Source of the DNA: Geosiphon pyriformis uo1
Taxonomy: Eukaryota > Fungi > Glomeromycota
Length of the DNA stretch: 64,000 nucleotides
Assembly: GCA_016748015.1 (NCBI GenBank)
Contig: JAAOMT010000543.1
Coordinates: 186,001 to 250,000 of the forward strand
Direction of reading: 5' to 3'
Part shown: in pieces, positions 52,701-64,000 of the stretch
Layout of the letters: each line of letters opens with the position of its first letter
How positions within the stretch are numbered: position 1 is the first letter of the stretch
The notes under the pieces: model-generated
What the model saw: only the letters and a program-made list of their open reading frames with translations
What the model was told of the DNA's origin: nothing
Database searches by the model: none
Translations under genes and position numbers: made by a program

Positions 52701-53638
52701 TATACAAATTATAATTAAAGAACAAAATTTTAAAGAAAATAATATATAAAAATCAACTGAAAATTTATTATATTAATCAAAAATTATCATTATTTGTATT
52801 TTAATAAAAACACAAATTTCATTAATCAGATTAAAAAATATATTACAAGATCTAAAACTAATTATTATTATTAAAATATAGTCTACTAATCATAAATTAA
52901 ATCATAAATTTAAGTATATATAAAAATTAAAATAACAAAGAAAGAGATAATAAAACTTTTAATATGGATCTTTCAGATCAAATTCTAAAACTTTTAAAAC
53001 AACTATTTGAAACAATTTAACAATTCACAATACCAATAAAAATTACAATTAATAAAAAAAAGATATAATACAGAAATTTACACAAAAAAAAATGTGCAAA
53101 AGTTTAACTAAAACTAAGCATTTATATTTTTATGAATAATAAGAGAGAAAAAAAAAAGTACATGGTCTTTGATACTAAAAAAATTTAATAAGATTTTTTC
53201 CAGAAGACCAAATTATCTAATATAGAAAAATAAACACCAGAAAACACCAAAAAATAGAAAAAAAGACTTTTACTAATTTACTGGTTTTTTAAGATCAATA
53301 AACAACTAAAATTAAAAACACTATATGAAGATTTTAATAAATGAATTTTCAACAAAAAAGCTCTAAAACAAGTAGAAAAATTTGTAGAAAAAACAACTTA
53401 ATATTATACTACAAAGCAATCTACTAATTATATACAGTTTTTAAATACTGTCCAGCCATACTACTAGATAATATACAAAAAACTATTATAGTTAACAAAA
53501 AAGAACAAATAACAAATACACAGTTTAAAAATCTACAAAAAGCAATACTTGATACAACTATTAAATACTATATTAAAAGAACAATTTTTACAGATACATA
53601 TAATTTTACAGAAGCTTAATTCTAAAAGAAAAAAATAA

Positions 53639-54604
53639 TGTTACTTAAATAGAAAAAAACAAATTTAAAAAATATTGAAAAAATATAATTATAAAAAAAT
53701 GTGATAATGCAAAATAACACAAAATAATGCATTATAATTTAAAATAACATAAAATAACACAATAATATAAAATAGTACGAAATAATTAGTCATAATATAA
53801 AATAACTAATTACAATATAAAAAAACAAAGCAATAACAGAAATAATAAGCAATAGCTAGTAATAACAAGTAATCAAAAAACAATTTTGTAAATCTAGAAA
53901 TATGTATAAAAAATAAGTAGTTTTAACAGTAAAAAAAAAACAGACAAAGAAATAGTCAGATAGAAAATATATCTTTTACTTATATTTATTAAATTTACTT
54001 TATCTATATATCTATATTATTTCAAATAAAGAAAATATTTGAAACAAAAAAAATTACTCATTTATGATCCATGAATTTTGTGTTTAAATTAAATTATGTA
54101 TTCTCTTATCTTTATTTTTAGCCTAATACTTTTAGCATAAAATACCTTAAACAAATAATAACTTAAACTAATTACTCTTGATTACAGTAATTAATAATAC
54201 TAATTTCTTTTATTTTTTCTCTTTTGTAAAATGACAACATTGTAAAATTGACTGTTTAAGAATAAACTTTATAACAGTTTGATAAAAAAAAGAAGCTTTT
54301 TTTAAGATTAAATATTAACATTATTATATTAGCTTATTAGAAGAATAAAAAGATACTACCAGACTTTAGTAACTGTGCTTAATTAGCTCAAAAAAATAGC
54401 TTATACACTTAAGTCATAAATAGCTAAATACTTTTTTGTGCTTTATAACTAAAGAACTCTATAAGTAAAACTAATAAAAAATCTTTAAAGATTAATATTA
54501 AACAATTTATCTTAAGTATCTGAAATAAAAATCTTCAAGTTTTTAGTATTTAAATTTAAAGCACCAAATATTACCATTATATCTTACCAAGTTTACTCAT
54601 AATA
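53639..54604 (+). repeat. 3' LTR of Gypsy B
   Basis: TGTTACTTAAATAG...CTCATAATA. Confidence 0.88.
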
Positions 54605-56049
54605 CTATTTACATAAGCTATAAACAAGAAAAATTAATATATATATTAAAAAAAAGGAGTAATATAAAAATAATATGTAAAACAACTGTATATTTTCTTA
54701 ACATTAAAGTAAATATAAGTATTAAAGTTTATAATTTATTGTTTTCTATTATGTCTAAATTGTAAATAGTTGTGTTAATATTAAAATGTATTTTTTTTTG
54801 CTTTGTGATTTTGTATATAAACAGTTAAACTACTATAAATATATGTGTTTTATAGCTTAAACTTTAACAGTTTAACTTCCAAAATAAATATTAAATAAAA
54901 AAATATTATGTGATTAATTTAATTAAGTTAAAAAACATTTTTATATTATAGATAAAGATCAAAAATTATTTTAGAATTGCTAATAATATTTAAGCAGATT
55001 TCTTTGCATATAATATGGTCTTATTATATTTGATTCTTCTAGTTAGTATGTATAAAAAATTTATTATGGCTAATAGTTTAGTTGTATTAGGCAATACTTG
55101 TTATTTTGTTTGTAATATTTATTGAAATATTTGTTTTGCTTAATAGATAGTAGACTTAAGTGTAAAAATTATCAATAATTTATTCATTTAAGACATAAAT
55201 TAAATCTGTAGTACTTTGGTTTAATATTCAAATTTTTATATGCTTTCTGAATTTACCAGTAGAATATTAGCAGTTTTTTGTACTTATCTTATAAAAATAA
55301 TTTATAGAAGATTATTAATTGTTATTAAAAAGAGACTTTATAACAAAAATTAATTAGATATTTTGTGTTTAATATGTAGTAATATTAAGTTGTCTAATTA
55401 TGTTTTTATTTGTTTTAAGAATACTGCTCTATGTTTTGAAATATTACTTAATTATACTAAGTTATGAATATTTTTGATAAAAGTTTGCTTTTTATTGTTT
55501 TTTTTAATGCTATACATTCTTTTTTTAGAGATTTTAAATATTAGTATTTATGTTATTTTATGTAAAAATTTTGTTTTTAAGAACTGAATAAATAAAACAG
55601 AATTGATTTTTAATAACAAAAAAAAACCATGTTTGTAATAATAAACTTTGTTTATTATTTGGCTAAAAAACATTATAACATATTGTGATTATTTAGGTTT
55701 AAATTTAAAGTAAATATAAAAAAAGTAGTTTAGTTAATAATATAAAAACAGTGCTTATTGTTTTTTGTAGTATGCATAATTATTTGTCAATTAAAGTAGT
55801 TTATTTATTTAGTATTATTAAATTATTTATTATTAGTTTTAGTTTATATAGAGCTTGTTTTTTTATTTAGATATAAACAATAATACAATAATTTATATAA
55901 ATATATAGTATTGTCTTAATTGATTTAAATGGCCAATTATATATAGTAAGTATATATAAGTTATGTTTAATTAAATTTATTAGTTTGTTTTTTTGTTTTA
56001 GATAGTAATTAAACTATATTATTAATAAATTTATGAAAAAAAATAACTA

Positions 56050-59000
56050 TAATATAAAAAAATTAAGTAGTTAAAATTAATTTTTTTTTAATATTAACTA
56101 TTAATTTTAAATTTTAAAAAAATATTTTTTAAATTAACCAAAAAAATTTGTAAAATTAAAAATTTAGAATTAGTTTTTAAATAATAAAGTTTTAATTTCT
56201 TTTTATGTATAATTTTTTTTAAAACTTTAGTCTTAAATTTATTAATAATAAATAATAGTTTATTATTATGTTATTTTTTAAAAATATTTAATATAAATAA
56301 TTATAATTTGACATTTTTTAAAGTATTAAAAAAAATATAATCTTTTAGTAAAAATTTTTTTAATATTATTGGTTAATTGAATAATTTTTTACTAAAAAAC
56401 TAATTAATATATTGTTATTTTTATATAAATTAAGTTAAATAATATGTATTTTATTGTATTTTGTTTTATTATTTTATATATTAATAATATTAATAAAATA
56501 AAAATATTTTATTTTTGTTTAAAATTAGTTAAAATCTTGGTTAATAATTTATAAAAAGTATTGTTAAAACATTTTACAAATTTATTTATTAATTTTTTAT
56601 ATTAAATTATTTACAAAATATTTTTTAATTTAAATAAAAGTTTAATTAAGCATTTATATTTACAAATAATATCTTTATAAATAAAATTTATTATTAATTT
56701 TGTATTTGCTTTTTAAATAATTTTTGTTTTAAGTTATTTAGTAATTTATTATTAGTATAATATATTAGTTTATTAAATAGATATCTAATTAAATTAATTT
56801 TAATTTAGTTAAATAATTATTTAATTTTAATAAAATTTAAAATTTAATAAGACAAATTTTTTTTTAATAATTATTACAAATATTAATATATATTAAATAA
56901 TTTTTTGAATATAAAACCAAAAACAATATTTTAATATTCTTTAAATTATATTGTTTTTTTTAAAATATGTTATATAAAATTGTTTTTTATGTTTTTAAAT
57001 TAATCTAAATTAATTAATTAAATTTATTTTATTTTATTATATTTTAAAATATGTTTAAATACTATTTAATAAAATAAATCAAACTAAATAACTTAAATTA
57101 AATATGTTTTATATATTTTTTATATATAATTAATTATCTAAATTAGTTAAAAAACTAATTAAGCTAAATTAAAATAAAAAATAAATAAATTCAATATACT
57201 AAGTTTTTTTATAATACTATTCAAATTTTAATTATTAAAAATAAAATTACTAAAAAATAATTTGATTTTTTTATAATTATTTTTAATTTTAAAACTAATA
57301 TTTATTATAATATAATTATATAACTAATAGTATTATTATTTAATAGAAATATTTGGTAGTATTAACTTTATTTTTATTTATATTATTAAATTTTATCTTA
57401 ACTTTAAAATTAACAAAGTTTTTAAACATATTAACCAAAAGACCAATAAAATAATTAAAAACAGTTACTATAAAAACAAATTTTTTTTTATCTTAAGACT
57501 TTTGTATATATTTTTATTTAGAAGAAAAATAACTAAAATAATTAAAAAATTAATAATTTTAATAACAAATTTAATTAAAGCAATCAAATTCAAAATCTGA
57601 GATTTCAAAAAATTTAATTTAAAACTTAATAACAAAATTAACAACAAATAAAAAAACCAAAGAAACAAATATTTTAGCAAAAAATTTTTTATTAATAAAA
57701 AATAATACACAAAACTTAGAGCCAACAGCAAACTTAACAAATAACTTAAAAAAAAAAGATGATAATATTTTATAATTTAAAAACAAATGATTTAAACTCT
57801 GATATTTGTAGCAAAAATACTTATTAAATATAATATTTACATAAAATACCAGTTTTTATAATAATAAAATCCAAAAATCTAGAAAAATTAAATATTACAA
57901 TAACAAAGTATTAATAATAATAAAAATAAAAAAAATAAAAAATAAAACAAGTTTAATTACCAACTTAAAAAACCAAATTACTAATTTTAAAAGTAGTATA
58001 ATAATAAAAAAATTAATAATTTTAATATTAAAAATATTTTTAAGATAATAATTTTTTTTTAATTAAGTAAAAAAAATTTAATACTGTTCTTTTTAATTAA
58101 TATAAACCAATTATTATAAGCAATAACACCAGAAAAAAAGTTTTTAAAATAAAAATATATTATTTTTATAAGTCAGTTAACTTTAATTTTATTAAAATAA
58201 TAACACCAAAAATACTAAAAACATTTTTAATATTATTAAAAAATATGCCAAAAAAAAATATTATAAAAATAAAAAATTATTAATAACAATTTTGGTAACA
58301 ACAACTAAAAAAAACTTAAAAGCAAAATTTATATAAAACAACTTAATATTGTTTTTTAAAATAAATTTAAGTTAAACAAAATTAAGCACCAAATAAAACA
58401 AAAAATTAATCAAAGTTAATTTAATCTTAAAAATAATATTAAGTATTAAAGTATAAGTTATCTATTTAAAAATTTTTAATAAATGAAAATTGTTTTTTAA
58501 ATATTATTAAAGATAGCATTAAAAAATAAAAAAAAAGATAATAATTTGATTTCTATTTAATTAATTTAATTTTTAAGATTAAATAACTTAATAAATTATT
58601 TTGTTTTAAAAACTGGTAATAATTTGTTAAAAAACATTATATTTAACAATATAACTAATAATTAATTATGGTTTATTTTAAAAAATATATTATTATTTTT
58701 ATAAAAAAATTTTATTTAAGATTTTATTTGAAACTATAAATAAATTTAGTATAATAATAGTATTTATAAACAATTATTATTGTTTTTTAGTTTTTTTTAG
58801 TTTTTTTGTAAAATAATAATAATAGTATTAATAATTGTTGACTAATCTATTATAAAAAACTTTTAGGCTCTTAAAAAAAATAAAAATAATATTAAGATTA
58901 ATCCAAATATGTTTTATAAAAAAAACTTTAAAAATTTAATAATAAATATTATTATTTTATAAAAAATATTGTTTTATTTAATATTATAAAAAATGTTTTT

Positions 59001-62000
59001 AATATAATAAATAATTTTAAATAATTTTATTTTTATTTTATTAATGCATTTAATAAATGAAGTCCAATCACTATCTAGTATATAGAACCAAACTAAATAG
59101 TTTACACTAAATATAACTTATATACTTACTATATGTAGCTAGCCATTCAGGCCAGACAAGACAACACTACATACTTAATACAACTCACACATCACAATCA
59201 AGCCCAGAAAAAAAGAGACACAATTTATGACAACCAAAACTGACAGCAAAAGATTTAATAATGCCAAGCAACCTAACCACACCATCTGACAGCAAAGAAG
59301 ACACACCATATGACAAGCCTAATATTAAACCACCATCTTTAACTAATCTAGCACTTTCCATATCTGCCCTATATTAAGACCTAACCAGCCACATTTTAGA
59401 CTGATACAACTCAACCAAACACCTTACAAAATCAACAACCACACAAAAAGTCTTTTTTCTGTCATCAAAAATCCCAACAGCTTCCATGTACTATTCTTTC
59501 AGAACAAATCCCTTATATAGCAGAGTACAGACTAACATCTGATGAACAATAGGCAAAAATTCTCAAGACAGTAGAAGAAGCCAAGTTACAAACACCCACC
59601 AAAGAAGTCCAACAAGCAGCAGCCTCTAACAAAATTTCATCATGAACAAACACATTATAAACATAAGTAAAAACATAATCTGACAATTCAATCTTACCAC
59701 AAAGTAAACACAAAACACCAGAGTAATTTTTATTATATAATCTTTTCCTTACAACCACTAGAAATCTTCTATGCACAGCTTTCATCATGTACATGTAAAA
59801 ACCTAAAGACTTCTAACTAGTAAACCCAGCCAGCATGTACAAATCAAGATGCCAAATCTTAGCAGTGACATACTAATTGAAATCTTTCAACATAGCATTC
59901 AAAACCACACCATAACCAAAGCCAGCCTCCCAATAAGCATGAAAAATAGAATGAGAAATATCCCTAACAAAGTAGTGGACATTGCTAAATACTCAGCCAT
60001 TAAAAAACATTTATGCACTTCTGCTGGTAACATGAAGGAAGAGCCAGCAACTTCACCAGCCAAGACATCAGCTCTTGTATTCCCAGGAATCCCAGAATAA
60101 TCTTTAATCTTAACCCAATACACAGAAAGATTTTTATCTTTAATTAGATTGAAAATATGCCTTCTCTCAATCTAGTACTAATTATGAAAATCCAGAACAT
60201 CAAAAAAGACCTCAGATACATATGCATTAATAGCAGCTTGGCTGTCAAGATGCAAAACTACTGAACTGGAAGAAAAAACACATTCCAAAGAAAAGGCAAC
60301 AGTCTGCAATTTAACCATAGTAGAAGAAAGAAGGCCATAAACACCAACACCAATCCCCATATCCAAAGCAGAAAATACGTAGCCACACTACTAATGACAT
60401 CAGCAAAGCCAGCAAATTTTAATGAACCATCTATGTAAACATCAAACGAGCCAGACCAAATCTCAAGCAAATACTGCACACCTTAGCAAACCACTCAGAA
60501 ACCAAAATGCTACAGTCAAAGAATTGTCTAAAACTTATGGCATTAAATGGCAATAAGCCTTTATCATGTAAAAACTTTAATGTAATATCGAACCACTATA
60601 GAATAAAACTTTTAGGACTGAGTCTTTTTCAACAATGAAATGTTTTCTACTTTATTATACTACCCTTTTTGTCAATAAGTTTATTACTAAAGGCAATTTC
60701 AAATTACTTCAAAGAACAAATACAACCAAAAAATAAAGCATTCCTCAGAATTATTAACATAAAAAAATCACTAGGACTTTAAAAATAAATAATTTTTAAT
60801 ATTGTTGTAATTTTCTAAATTTATTATTTTATTATTAAAAGTTTGTTAATATAATAATTTAATTAGTACTTATCTTGTTTTATATTAAAAATTATTAATA
60901 TTAGTGTGTAATTTTTTTGGTTTGTTCATAGTTAATTAAAAATCTTATTTAACAAAATTGTTTATATTAGGTTTTAATATTTTATGTAGTTATTTAAATA
61001 TAATATTAAATTTATTAATATTAAATTAATTTTAAAAGTGTTTTAAAGCTTAAATTATTGCAATTATTTTTAATTTAGTAAAAAATACTTGATTTTGGTA
61101 AATTTTAATATTTTATTAACATATATAGTAACTTTTTGTTGTTATTTTAATTTAATTAAAATAAAATAATATTAAATACTATATAAAAAATATTAATAAT
61201 TATTTGAAATTTTTTATTAAAATTTAAATAACCAAAAATTAGAATTATTATTAATTTTGTTTTAAAAATATTAAAAGCTATTTATTATTCAAAAATTTAT
61301 TAATATTTTAATTTTGTTTTTTATAATTATTAAAAAACTTTTTACAAATAACTTAAATAAGTTTAAAGATAAAAAAACAAATATTAATATTATTAAAATA
61401 AACAATTACTAATTTTTATAATTATTTAGTATAAAAATATTTATAAATTTTTAAAATATTATTAATATGTTATATAAATTCAAAAAACATTAAATTAAAT
61501 TTATAATTTTTTTTGTAAAGTAAATACTATTTTTAATTGGCTATTAAGTTTATAATAACTTATTAATATTTATTTTTCAAATTAAAATTGAAAAATATTT
61601 AATCACTTTTAAAAACACTTATGAAAATTTTTTTAATAATTATAATTTAATTTTAATAAATTTTTTGTTTTTTAAAATTATTATTTGCCAAAATTTATTA
61701 TTAATAGCCAATAATATAATTTTTTTTAAACTTTTTTTAAAAATAAATATAGATTTAATAATTTCTTAAAATTTTAAAAAAGTAATAATTTTCTTAAAAT
61801 TATAATCAATTTTTAATTATTTGTATTTTTATTGTAATATTTTTTTTAATAACTAAATTCATATTTAAAATAAAAAACTTTTTAATTAAGACTTTTATTT
61901 TTTTTTTATTGGATCTAATTATTTAAATTTCAAAAAATAATAAATATATTTTATTTTTATTTATATTAAAATTAATAGTACTATATAAAAAAAAATTATT

Positions 62001-62920
62001 TTGTTTATATTTATTTTTTTAGTTTTTAAAGTATTTATTTAAGAATTTAAAAAAGGTTTGGTTTTATTATCTGTCTTAAAACTATTATTAATTATCAAAA
62101 ATTCTCTTATTTTTTTAAATTTAGTTTTTATATTTACAAACTGCCTAGAATTAATACTACTTAGAAGTATTTTCAAAATTAAATTTGTCTTGTTACTTTA
62201 ATTTTTAATATTTTTAATTAAAATTTTTAGTTTTATATAAAAACATTCTTAACAAAATTATAAATAATCTTTTTTGCTTAGTTATATTATTGTTAATAAT
62301 AGTTGTTAAATTTAAAATAAAGAAATTAGTATTTTATAAAATATTAAAAAAATATAACAAAAATAAAATATATTTTTTAAAAACTGTATTTTTAAAAAAA
62401 TTTGGAATAAAAAAGAAAAAAAAGTTTTTTTAATTTGAGTTTTAAAATATTTTATAGTTATATTGTATTAAATAGAATTAAGTTACATATTAAAAAAATT
62501 ATTATTAATATAAAAAATTGGTTATTATGCTAATAAATAAAATTAATATTTATTTTTACTTATTTAATTAAAAAATTAAAAAATTATATTTATTAAATCT
62601 GTTAATAATATAATAATTAAAAGTTTAATTTTTATTAATTATTATATATATAACCGAATATATGTAATTGGTTATTTTATTTTAAATAATAAATATTATT
62701 AATTTTTTTAATAACTATATAAATAATATCTTTTTTAGTTAGAAAAAACATTAAATAATTAAACAATTAAAATTTGAAATTTTTTTCTGTTTTTTTATTA
62801 ATATATATATTTTTCTATTTAATATTAATGATAATATTAGAATTAACTTAAAAAATCATTTGTTTGCTTTCTTAATTTATTTAAATAAAAAATATAATAA
62901 TAATTATTTTTAATTTTAAG
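56050..62920 (-). mobile_element. Extremely AT-rich relics of Gypsy-type elements
   Basis: 56380-57020 resembles the integrase segment 35080-35790, and 61150-61340 resembles 36310-36500. Boundaries cannot be resolved. Confidence 0.55.
59030..60780 (-). mobile_element. 5'-truncated LINE (RNase H + C-terminus + 3' UTR)
   Basis: ORFs 60258..60479 (VYIDGS), 60178..60366, 59899..60123 and 59513..59794 (CLLCGK), with the family 3' UTR at ~59045-59170. Confidence 0.88.
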
Positions 62921-62974
62921 AATCATTAAAGTAAGGCATAAAATAATAACAGCAGTCTTATCTTATTGGCAATT

Positions 62975-64000
62975 ATGAACTATTCCTTTATTTTCGAAAA
63001 GATGGATATCTCGAAGTAATGCAACCTTACTTCAACAACAGCTCCAAGCCAGCATTACTGAAAGCGGTATGGAGAAGCGATTTAGGGAATATCTGAAACG
63101 TTTTGAAAAGGACAACGCGAATGAGGAGCGAAGCAGAGCTGCGGTGGCCCTTATAAACCAGGTTTGTATGCCTGTACAGTTGCATTATGCACTGTATAGC
63201 AAGCTCCGGATGGCCATTATTTCCTAGGAATTTGTATCAACCTTTTTTTTTCTATTTCTCAGAAGCACAAAACTGAGGACAAAAAGTTCTGGGAGTTCTT
63301 TGAGAAGAAAAGAACACTGAAAGAAGAGGAGATATGTAATATGTCTCGATCACGAATCTCATCATAAATTTGTATGGCCACAGTTTAATACGAAGCTTAA
63401 GATACTAACTAATATTTCAGAATAAAGAGGAAGAGAAAGAGAAACTTGGTGATGAGAGAAAGGATCCTGAGGATGGGAATGTTGGGAAGAATGTGAACGA
63501 GAGTGAGAAGAACAAGAGAAAGCATGAAGACAATGAGTTACATGTTGATCGAAAATTTCTTTTATTCCTCATCTAATTAATCTCCGCATTTTTATAGAAC
63601 GATAACGCCCAAATTATCATTAAAAACCTCCTGGATCAGTTGCAAGAATGCTCCGCGAATATGACTAATTTAATTTTGAGTTTCCAGATATATCGTCGCG
63701 GCACCGATAATGAGCTGACTCGGGAAGAAATCATGGATTTATTCCCATCATCAAAGTTTGTTCTAAAGCACGTAAAGAAAGATGATTACATGCAGGTTCT
63801 AAAGGAGATTTTTGAACCTATCGATAAGTTGTTTCCGGATGGCACGTTTGATTTCCTTTGTGAATTCTTCTCGGAGGTATTGTCCGCATTTTCATGGGAA
63901 GTTGGGCCTTTTTTTTGTTCATCTAAACATGCACCCTTCTTTATCTTTAGAAATGCAGCCATGAACAATGGGAGATCAAGCTGGAAGGTTTATTGGAGCC
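62975..64000 (+). pseudogene. Inverted paralog of the 8718-11722 gene, running off the window edge and probably non-functional
   Basis: 63250-64000 is nearly identical to the reverse complement of ~10286-11200 (ORF 63786..63968 matches 10317..10646). Two splice donors are mutated (GT>AT ~63332, GT>TT ~63538), one exon is deleted, and exon 1 has a frameshift. Confidence 0.85.

Larger units (their letters stand above)
44749..54604 (+). mobile_element. Degenerate full-length Ty3/Gypsy LTR retrotransposon, family B (gag-PR-dUTPase-RT-RH-IN)
   Basis: LTRs at 44749-45709 and 53639-54604, PBS TTTGGTGCTC at 45710 and a purine run at ~53624-53638. Gag ~46590-47000, CYYCQKP knuckle ~47311, protease ~47930-48240, RT ~50200-50880 (FCIDYQKLN, YLDN), RH ~51110-51500, IN ~51650-52760. 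TSD TTGT/CTAT. Confidence 0.9.
12700..56043 (+). mobile_element. Oldest host LINE, highly degenerate and split into five pieces (~12700-13802, 21551-22424, 29222-31401, 43791-44748, 54605-56043)
   Basis: The reading frame continues across each insertion: ORF1, then KFATCNI (APE, ~29240), RT ..VFINIMI*I | ..QYILNIVNKFFKINNIFINNNKTVAI, RNase H (~54680), and the family 3' UTR/poly(A) at ~55910-56043. Summed length is about 6.5 kb. The 5' boundary is approximate. Confidence 0.75.

Noticed and set aside
29856-57740. Short F/L/I/K/N-rich ORFs (e.g. 29856, 35562, 42333, 44669, 47365, 49888, 57468)
   Set aside because: They are chance frames in AT-rich decayed transposon DNA.

Overview
Eukaryotic fungal nuclear DNA with short GT-AG introns. 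The gene and transposon style suggests an early-diverging Mucoromycota/Glomeromycotina fungus (inference, no search run). A small gene island (~1.4-12.1 kb) holds ALG12, EPL1 and a decayed minus-strand gene of an uncharacterised family with a PD-(D/E)xK-like C-terminus. That gene carries a captured RING-variant gene fragment in one exon and a GC-rich tandem hairpin array in its first intron. Next comes a ~51 kb nest of transposons. One old LINE (~12.7-56.0 kb) is split by two full-length LINEs and two dUTPase-bearing Ty3/Gypsy elements, which in turn contain solo LTRs, a truncated LINE and an internally deleted Tc1 element; most insertions have readable target-site duplications. An inverted paralog of the PD-(D/E)xK-like gene starts at ~62975. 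The transposons show heavy C>T/G>A decay in CpG, CpA and CpC contexts that increases with nesting age, while the duplicated genes do not. All alignments and boundaries were read by eye.
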